From: Sphagnum compactum
Lineage: Eukaryota
NCBI GenBank assembly: GCA_965153455.1
Contig: OZ234493.1
Location: forward strand, 26,960,213 to 27,024,212
DNA length: 64,000 bases
Reading direction: 5' to 3'
Shown here: positions 54,600 to 64,000 of the stretch, one piece after another
Layout of the letters: the number at the start of each line of letters is the position of its first letter
Position numbering within the stretch: position 1 is the first letter of the stretch
Translations under genes and position numbers: made by a program
The notes under the pieces: generated by a model
Databases searched by the model: none
What the model was told of the DNA's origin: nothing
The model's input: only the letters and a program-made list of their open reading frames with translations

Positions 54600-55408
54600 C
54601 TGGTTCAAGGAACCTCAACTGAGTTAATGTCTGGTTTCACCTTGGGTAAACCCATTGAGTAAAGAAGCAGGTCCCATATATGGATAGGTGAGAAAATAGG
54701 TGACTTACTAAGTAAGTAGATGCTTTACACATAGGTAATAAGGGTGGCCCCAGTGAACCAGCACCCACGAGCGCATCATCCACTGGATGCCCATTATGAC
54801 TCAGTTGTGGATGATCCTCAACTGAGTTACTACCTGGTTTCATCTTGGTAACCCATTCTATAAGAAGTAGGTCTAACATATAGATAGGTAGGTAAAAGAA
54901 TAGGGGACTACTAGGTAAGTAGATAGTTTATACATAAAATAGGTAGGGCCTGTTTTTACTACCTACCTAGTTGGTAGGTATTAAATAAAGCAAGTGAGCT
55001 AACCACCATGGTTAGCTAGGGAACTGGAACCCAGCGGAGAACTGTTTCCTGATCATTTATCATCCATCCTTGATGGTGCACTGGTGGGTGCTGGTTCACT
55101 GTGGCCGGTTACCGGGCTGTCTTTACTACCACACAATGGCCTGAAAACTGCAAACGCGGTTCCTGTCACCAGCGTGCTGACGGACGGAGTAAACCAACAC
55201 CCACCAGTGCCACATCCACTGGATGCCGGTTATGAATCAGTTGTGGATGAACCTCAACTGAGTTACTTACTATCAGGTTCAACGTTGTAAACCCAACAGA
55301 AAATTGGAATCCAACAGAAAACTGTTTCCAGTTCACCTTGGAAATCCAACAGACACCAATTACGTAACCACTTATCATCCATCATTCGTGGTGCACTGGT
55401 AGGGTCCG
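54600..55408. repeat. Composite of nested/partial inverted copies of the 42796-43240 repeat
   Basis: cctcaactgagtta occurs at ~54613, 54816 and 55252. The tatcatccatc...gtgcactggt terminus occurs at ~55058 and ~55373. Confidence 0.8.
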
Positions 55409-55855
55409 GTTTGAAATGAATGGATGACGACGACGACAGACGAGGAAAGTGTTGGCGACGACGACGAGGGCGCTCGCAGTTTGCGACGAGGCACGCGGTT
55501 ACGGAGAACAACGCGCTTGCAGTAAGAATGCATGCATATATGGAGAGACAAGCGGGGCTTGGGTGAACTAGCGGAGTCTGGTCGCGGATGTGCGAATGGA
55601 GAGAGTGAAGGAAAAAGACTTTTTAAAGAGTTCTTTATTTTTTTGAAGAAATCTTTGTCCATTTTAGTTATTTTTCCTTTTTGTGTGGTTTTGCGAGTGG
55701 CTTGTTTTTCAACAGCTCGGAGAATAGTTAGGTCGCAGATCGAACCCGGGTGTAAGCAGTGGCCGCGGGCGATTGAGCATCTAGCAGAGTTTTGTATTTT
55801 TGTGTGTGTATGTGTGTGTTTTTTGTTGGGTTTTTGTTTTTAGCTCGCTTTCAGA

Positions 55856-57951
55856 ATGCCAGACCATAAGATATGTCTTACAGGGCAGCGAACCGCAGAG
55901 TTGCAGGAGTTCGATGATTTGGCCGCTAGCTGGGGTCATGAGTCTTCTGCTGGAGTACTGCAAAGAACCTCGTCTTTGCTTGTTGACAGGGGCGAGTTTC
56001 GTCGCTTGTCGTCGGCATTCTTGGCCAAGGATTTCGATGTCAAGCCGTCGTCCCTGTGCACGGCTGCTGGTATAGTAACTGAAGCATCACCACTCAATGC
56101 GCTTCTCATCACGTCTCAGAGTTGTCCGTTGACGAACAAGAAGCGGTCGTCGTTTGTTGGTGCTGAGGCAGAAGCAATAGCAGCAGCAGACGACTCGGGA
56201 TCAAAGCTCAGCACCAGTTCTCGGAGAATCGCACCACGGCGGAGACAAGCCTTGAAAGCCCAGTCGCGAGCTTTAAAAGCTGTGAAGCCTGAGAATGTCG
56301 AGATCGTCGCAGAAAGCCGACCTCGTCCTCGTCCTCGTCCTTCCCGTCAGTACAGAGGCGTCCGAGTCCGTCGAGGGGTGAAAGGGTTTCTTGTAGAGAT
56401 CCGACCAAGAAGGTGGAAGAAGACAATCTGGTTAGGAACCTACACAACCTCCCCTGAAGCTGCTCGAGCGTACGATGCCGGTATTTTTTACACGGGAAAA
56501 AACATGCCCTTCAATTTCCAGGAGTCAGAGGGCACATTCCCACCTCTACCGGAACATCTCTCAATTGCCAATTTCGACCCTGAAGTCATGGAGCAGATCA
56601 AATGGTTCGTGAAAGAGCAAGCACTGAAAGCAGCCAAGAGAGGAGGGGAGGAGGTACCGACACAAGAAAGAGCAGTAGTACCACCACAACACAGAAGCAA
56701 TACCAGTGACAAGGAAGGAAGAAGCTCAGTGGGGTTGCAATACCAGTGCTGCAGCACGTTGTTCTCTGGCAAGGAAGAAGCTGGTGAACATGATGTGAAG
56801 GATGATGAAGATCATGATGATGGTCGTTTTGACCCTCTTATGACTCCCAATCCTTTCCAAAACCTAGAACCGCTTCCATACAATCTTCCACACTGCAGTA
56901 AGCAAGGTCTTTGCCATAATGATAGGGACTTCTTCTTGGGTGGAGTGCCTCTTGCTGTGCATGAGTACATGCCGCCTCATGCTAGTATGGTGGGAGATGA
57001 TGACCTCCTCAACAGTATGCAACAAATCTCATGTGTCTCAGAACAGGTGTTGTTGTCTAGTACATGGCGGCGCAGCGATGAACATATGGTAATGCTCACA
57101 CAACATGAAGAGCATGCAAATTACTTTACTCTCACTTCTATTTGTAGGTTGCTATTGTGTATGTGTTGTGGGATGGAATTCTTTTCATCCATGGTTTCGT
57201 GAAGAGATGGTGAAGCTCCTGATGAAGAGTACCACCACCTACTTGTGCTGTTTTCTCAAAGTAAGCATGCTGTTTCAAACTAGGTTTCTCTTCCCTTGTA
57301 TTTCTTCTTCCCCGTTCTTCAGTCCTTAGCTGGAGCTCATCTTTGATTTAAGGAAAAGCTGTTTTGCTTGTTCTGGTTACCTGTAATTGCAAGTGCAGAG
57401 ATTTCTCACACCCTGGAGAGTTATTAGGGTTTGTCAAAGTAAATTGGAAGTGCTTCCCCTCCCCCACTAACTGACTTCATGATCATAGACACATTGATGG
57501 ATCTTTTCTGGTTGCCTTGGTTGAAGCTTGTGGAGACGACTTATTGAAGTAAACCTTGTTTCCTAACTGTTGATTTTGTGTTTGGTGAATGCAGCAGCAG
57601 AGGGGTGAAGAAGCTGGTTTCCAGTCAGCATTTGGTTCCAAGAGTGATGGAAACTTCGGCATCCTGAGTCTTGATTCACAGGAGGTTCAATCCTTGGGTC
57701 TACGTGTATGGGATCCATCCTTAGGTGATGGATTTTCTCTTGTGAATTTTGACAGGTGTGATCCATATGCATACCCTCAAGCCCAAAAATTCCCTGATTG
57801 TACTTTTGCAATGACACATCCTGAGGATCTTTTTGTCCTACATCAAAACTGGGAGGGTGCAAACAGCATGTCTGTTTGTACAGACTCAATATGTTTGTCC
57901 AGAGAGGAGTCGAAGGATGAGCTTCCAGTTGCTTTGGCCAAATGCTTGTAG
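55856..57951 (+). CDS. AP2/ERF-family transcription factor with a single divergent AP2 domain
   Basis: Long first exon contains YRGVR...FLVEIRPRRWKKTIWLGTY...EAARAYD...FNF (about 56350-56520). Likely phase-0 donor at 57088 to the acceptor near 57594 and a terminal exon to 57951. The 3' exon structure is uncertain. Confidence 0.85.
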
Positions 57952-59589
57952 TAGGGATATGGTTGGTTGAGAGAGAGACTATCCTGCTTCTCAGAGACAT
58001 GTTTTGTAATTGTCCATGTGTTGTGCTCCTCTCACCAGGTCCACAGTTTTTGTCTCTGATCTCTCTACTTTGTCCTGTCTATTAGCTTCTTCACCTCAAA
58101 GATGGTTTTTGACCTTTCTGTACAGTACTGTAATATGTTCTTTCATGATTATCAGTAGTGCGCACTGGCAGGTTGCAGAAGACAAGAGCTAATGAGTCAG
58201 CAAACATCTCTGAATGTACTACTTTTCTGGTTTGTTCTTTAGCATGGTTAGGGCAGGCTCTTCTGTACCATAGTTGTACAGAGTTGACTGTATTGTGTTT
58301 TGTAGTGTGGCGAGTCAAAATGTCATTCCGATTGGTATGTACTAGACTGGTTTTGGAGTTGTTTTCAAAAGAATATTTCTTGGAGTCCCTGTGAGTACAG
58401 TAAATCAAAACTTCTGTTGCACAGCAATATGCTGCACACCAAGTTACAAGCTAATTCCATAGGGAGAAAAGTTGGTGAAGTATGAATTGCGCGATTCTCT
58501 TTCTCTGCAAACTAGTCTACTGTAGTGAAGCCTCACAATGCTGGCCGCCATATGACATGATAAAATTCTGTGGTATGTTGAAAAAGAAAGGGTTTTGGTT
58601 TGTGTAGCTGAGTGCTTCAAGTACTCCTTAGTGACAGACACATGATGATGATATTCCCAAACTACAAATCCAAAGATCATACCAAAATCAGCTTATGAGC
58701 CCATGATGGTTTCCATGGTTGATAACCTAGATCTTTTAGTGTGAAAACCTACTTACTATAAACATTTGGTTGGTTATCCTAATGCTTAGTTCAGTGACTA
58801 TCTGGCTGTGGAATATGAAACCTATGTTGTCTAGCTTGCGAATGTCTCTTGGGCACTAAAAGTACCAGCATTGACAGAAAAATTGTGGAAATTAGAACTA
58901 GAATCCCACAAAGAAGATGAAGGTTGGAATAATGTCCATAAAGAAAACCACCCCTAAACTGACTTTCTGCCTGGTCCTAATCCTAAGCATATCGTATCAA
59001 CAAGTGGCCACATTTGTTGACCAGAATGTCAACCGAACAACTGCAATAGATACCATGTTGCAGGATAAAGTACAGAACTTAAAAAGCTTGGTAATTGTTC
59101 ATCACTTCTCAAGCGAACATGTGTGGAGCTTGTAACATCACTTTCTTGAAAGCTTTCATCACCCTGTCATTTCACCCCAGAACCATCCATCAATTACTAA
59201 AGAAAAATTTTATCCTCCTCATAAGTGAAGGAGCAAATCTTCGACAACAACCAAAAAATGTAGCTCTGAGGAAATCTAAATGACTGATAATACAAAATCT
59301 CAATCCAAAGTGTGGAAAAAAAATTTAAAAATAGCTCCAGTGAAATTCCATCCAACTAATATGGCAGCCAGAACCTACTGTGAAAGCTGAAAGTCTTTGA
59401 CAGTTAAGCTCCTTGCCGACATCCACAATGCCAATCAGTCAACTGCTGTTTACATATTTCCTTTCCGCTCCCACCGTTCTTTGGTGTCAAGACTGCAGGT
59501 CCAAAACAAACCTTCAAGAGAGATAGATAGAAAAGGACTAGTTCTACCCATCTCATTCAGCAAAGCTACTAAGAAATAGTAACATATCT

Positions 59590-59757
59590 ATGAAGTTGAT
59601 TGCAGAGAAATCTCCACGACATCAATTTGAAGGTAACCCTACACACAGTGCAGTCACAACCTTTTGAGCATCGCTCACAAAGTGTCCAACTGTCACCTTA
59701 CCATTACAAATAGCAGTGATCAGCTGATATGATTACCCACCAGGAGCTTCATAGCCC
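59590..59757. repeat. ~165-bp dispersed element, copy C (3' of the orphan pseudogene)
   Basis: Aligns with copies A and B in the same orientation. Confidence 0.8.
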
Positions 59758-59859
59758 TTACCCCCAATGTAGCTTCTGTCGCTTTCTGTGACTTGATTGG
59801 GATGCCTCTTGGATCTGCAAGAACATTTCAATTCCAGCATCTTAGTTCCTTGAAGCATC

Positions 59860-61337
59860 TCAACTCCCATACAGAAAAACCCAGGGAGTAGTATGGGACT
59901 GCACCTCTGCTGTAGGGGTGACATCATATCTGTACAAGCCCTTTGAATCACATTCAAGAGCAGCCTGCTGCAAAGGATTTGTCTTGTCTATGAACACTTT
60001 CTCCTTGGAGGACTCCCTGTTGGCTGAATTGCAATGGGGAGCCGTGAGTTTGGGAACCTGTTAAGAAAAAAGCATTTGTCACCTGTACGTCTCTGAAGAA
60101 AGTCAGTCCAAAATTCTGGGAAAACCATTATCCAACATCTGCTGCATCCTGAGTTTCTGTCATGGTTCTAGAAGCAACAGGAAGACCAAGTCATGATGTT
60201 GGCTAGCACTCAAGAGAAATAGCTAATCAAACACCATTTCTTCATGTGCAGAACTACAGCAAGAAATATTTTTATGACTAGACTTACCTCTCTCCTTCCA
60301 TGCCTCTCAAGCATCACATTTTGCTGATTTGGAAGCTCCAGAGAATGGCAAGCACCTACCCTTGATGCTGCAGTAAACCTGCCTCTGCTGTTGCTGGACC
60401 CTTGAAGCATATCATGAGAGCCATCAGGGGCTGCAACATCTTGTTTGAGTACACTGGCTGATCCTCTTTGTTCTGTTCACACACCTGAGTTAGCATAACC
60501 ACCACTTTTGTGCATGTGTCTCTATGTCTGTGCCATTGAGAAAACTTCCACAATCTCTTAAAATATCAGAAAAATGTCAGAAAAATTGGCAATCACATGA
60601 TTCCCTAATTGACAACTTTGACAAGAAAAAGAAAAAAGCACAAGAATGCTAACCAACAGAAATTTCTTGCTGAAAACTCCGGTCTCTGTCCTTCAATTCC
60701 AACCGGCGCTTCCGCAATTCCTGCAACAAATGGAAGACTAAATGCATGCATGATTCTTCATTCACCACATCATTCAATTGGTAGATCAGTGTCTTTGGGC
60801 TCCCACTCATGTGTCCCTTGATCTGCGTCTTTGGGCTCAAACTCGTGTTCCTTTGATGTCGAAAGCCCTAAAAATTAAACTCTAGTGTTGGAGCTCAAGC
60901 CCTCCCGACAAGGTTTTCTCCATCTCTCTCATGAAAACAAAAAAAGGGTTAGGGTTTAGGGTTTTTCTTAAAACCGCAAAAGTTGCTCGCGAACTGTGAG
61001 AACTCACGGAACAATTTTTCCTTTCTTTTTGAAAAGTCGCAACAACCAGAACTTTCCCGGACCAATACTGTCTGGAAATGTTTCCCCAGAATAGATTAAA
61101 TTTCCAAAAAAAATTCAAATTTTCGAAAGCGGTTGCATTCGAGGTTGCAGACCCCGGCGACCGACCGTCTGTTCCCAACCAAAAAAGCAAACAGAAAATG
61201 GACTTTAGTTCAGAGTAACAAGAAAACTATTGTACCTGAAGCTTGCGATGGTGATAACTGGACACGGGTTTGATAGGAAGAATCGGAGATGCGGAATGCA
61301 TCTCCGAGAGCACCGGGTGAAGACAATCCTGCGCCAT
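59860..61337 (-). pseudogene. Four-exon gene of unknown family with two in-frame stops in exon 3
   Basis: TATAAATA near 61419-61427. Exons 61337-61236 (MAQDCLHP...KLQ), 60721-60654 (ELRKRRLELKDRD...), ~60556-60288 and 60057-59860, with GT-AG sites in compatible phases. Exon 3 carries a TAG and a TGA in the otherwise continuous frame. Confidence 0.6.
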
Positions 61338-61379
61338 CGCCACCAGCTTCGCATGCAAGCAGAACAAATGCAAAGTTCT

Positions 61380-61465
61380 GGGTTTTAGGGTTTCAGTGCG
61401 GATTTACGACCTAGTGCCTATTTATAGTCAAATTAAATTTTAGGGTTTCAGGGCTTTAGGGTTTA
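61380..61465 (-). promoter_or_regulatory. TATA box flanked by telo-box (AAACCCTAA) motifs
   Basis: Minus strand reads TATAAATA at ~61419-61427. tttagggttt occurs at ~61384, 61439 and 61455. Confidence 0.6.
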
Positions 61466-64000
61466 CCCTTTATTTGGGGCGTAATAATTTTGTCACATTT
61501 ATTGTTTAGCCCTACATTTAAGACTGACATGTGGCAGTGACGTGCAAATGACATGGCATTTAAATCCCATGTGGAGCTGATGTGATGATGACATGACATC
61601 TGACGTGTAGTTGATGTGGAGCCTACGTGGCACCATCTGAACATTTGAGAACAAAGTTCGCAAGTTGGGATCACTATGTTCTCCCATATGGGAACAAACC
61701 CAATTATTATTATTATTATCAATTTATTTATTTTAATTATATGGGAATAGTAAGCATTAAGAGAAAATTTTAAATAAACTACAACTACAAAAACAAAATA
61801 GTGAATATATGTGTAACAGAAATGACTTTGCCTAAGAAAAAAATTATATTAAAACACATATGTATGAAAGGCATTTAGTTATTTATTTTAAGCACATGCC
61901 ATTTTATATTTTTTATGTTGATGGGAAAAAAATTGCGAGTTTTTAAATTTTATTTCGAATCTATGAATGTCATTATGAAACTATGTACGAATGTTTTTAG
62001 GATTTCAAGACGTTTTCAATTGCCATTAGTGCACGGAAAATTTAGTAAAAATAGTTAGACTTTTACACTTAGTTTGTAATGAGTAGGTGTAATATAGAAG
62101 GATCGTTTTTAAAATTGCTTCATAGCCAAATTTAGTTAATTCTTCATAATGATAATTATCAATTTCTCTACACCTTCCTTTAGGTGATAACCATTTTGCT
62201 TACATGCATAAATTTGTAAAAAAACACCAATCGACTAAAAAAAAGACAACTTACAAAATGGGGCTGAAAATGTCCCTTTAAACTACTATACTTCATCATG
62301 AATCTTAACACTCTATTCATGCCTTCCAAGGAAAGGTCAACAAACAAAAGTCTAATGGAAACTCTCTATTCTCATGATTTGATCAAAGCAAGTTTTACAA
62401 ATCTAAACATGTTGAAAATAAAGATGATTGTCTTATCATTCAAAGACACTCGAAAAATTAACAAAGTAACTAAATTTGCACAACAATCACATACAAAACC
62501 ACATGAATCTAAATAGAATAGACCCAAGTGGTGAGGTGATAAGTTAGCTAGAGAGAACGAAGAAAACACTAACCAAAAAAAAAAAAGTTTACAACATTCA
62601 AAGATAGTGGAAAACAAACCCTAAACCAATTAAACTACATGCAACAATGACATGTAGAAACACATAATTACAACAAGGTTCAAACACAAGGTTCAAACAC
62701 ATGAAAGCAATGTTAAATTGCAAGCTTCGAACAAAAGTAAACTTCTTAAAAACAAATCAAACGAAAACAACAAAAGAATGTAGCAACATTATGATGCAAA
62801 CTTCAAGTGCAAGGTTTTTTTTGAAAAAAAACACCAAACAAACAGCCCTTCAACTTCAACACTTGGTTGCAAGCTCTTCATTTGCACTACAAGCTCCAAG
62901 CACAAGCTTAAGAAAAACCTCATTCTTTTCAAGCTACCAAATAAAACCTTGCTCCTTGCAAACTACCCAAAAAAAATCAACTTAAAATCAAGCTTCTTTT
63001 ACAAAACCTCACAAGCTAAAAAGAAGACAATCAAAATAATGATATCCTTTTGTTCTTGAAATCTCCCATAGCTTGCACAAAGAGGAAAAAAAGTAACCCC
63101 CGACAATTGTGATGGCAAATTAAAGGAGCTTTGCAAAACGGGGAGGGGGGCAAGAGGGAAAAAGGCTTAAAATTAGAGGTAGGCGGGTGAGAGAGTGGCT
63201 AGGTAAAAAGGAGAAAGGTGAGGGGTAAGTGGGCTTGGGTTAGTAAACCTAGAGGAGGGGAAGTTGGGTTGGTTTTGGGTTTAGTCCGAATGAAACTCAA
63301 AATGACCTTTCTCCAATTTAGTGCATTAGTGGGTGTTGGGTCATGTGGGCCTATTGGATGCTCCAATGTTATTGACTTGAGTTTGATGCAATGTGTGTGT
63401 TATCAAATGAATTTTGATAATGGAACCAAGAGTTTCCATACAAGTCCGATATTAGTATATTTCCAATAAATTCATATGAAACACATAGGAAGACTATAGT
63501 TATAGAATGATAGTATTGTTAGGTTGAATTAAAATTGGCATAATGTGAAACAACATGTTGTTCATATGATGAAATGACGATATAGTGAGATGGTATATTA
63601 CTTTGAAGTTTGATAATTAAACTCAAGGGTTTCTAGATTGAATACGCCTCATTTTGGTTACACCCTATAATTGGGCATTCCCAAAATAAGAGGTCCCAAG
63701 AATGTTCTATGTAGGATAAAGCCCTAGAGTGGAGCATTTCCAAAATTAAAGGGCCTAATATGAGGTGGGGGTAACAAAGTTTGGCCCTCCATTTTGGAAA
63801 TGTCCCCTTGGTTGTGAGCCTTACCCACTAGAAAGCACAAGGGGTGCCTCATCATAAACCTTAAGCCTAGATCATGAGGTAGTAGGAATTGGAGCAATCT
63901 TAAGAACACTATTATAGTCTATCTTGTTCCTAATTCGTATCCATAAAATCCCTCCTCTTTTATAGGAGTGATATTCAAGGTATAAGGTGCTCTCCAAATA

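Noticed and set aside
60945..60963. Telomere-like TTAGGG/TTTAGGG run
   Set aside because: Only 2-3 units inside an intron. Consistent with telo-boxes, not a telomeric array.

Overview
Eukaryotic, AT-rich, intron-containing land-plant genomic DNA. The gene style and repeat landscape look bryophyte-like, possibly peat moss (Sphagnum), but that is inference only. Four apparently intact genes can be spliced by hand: an XCP/RD21-type papain-like cysteine protease (-, 4 exons, one GC-AG intron), a nucleolin (-, 19 coding exons, ~614 aa), a plastid-type SAM-dependent methyltransferase (+, 8 exons) and a divergent single-AP2-domain transcription factor (+). There are three damaged genes: a frameshifted first exon of an RS-subfamily SR splicing factor, a 4-exon orphan gene with two nonsense codons, and a degenerate coiled-coil gene. 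Intergenic DNA holds decayed hAT-like and non-LTR retroelement remnants, MITE-like elements and tandem repeats. The most curious items are: a ~165-bp element present three times in the same orientation, twice inside nucleolin introns; a repeat carrying a variable 38-bp array whose same end abuts the 5' side of two genes; a triplicated nucleolin promoter; and one-exon-per-acidic-module nucleolin architecture with a hairpin-masked cryptic acceptor. I found no prokaryotic-type system, CRISPR array, rRNA or tRNA, and nothing here is proven novel.
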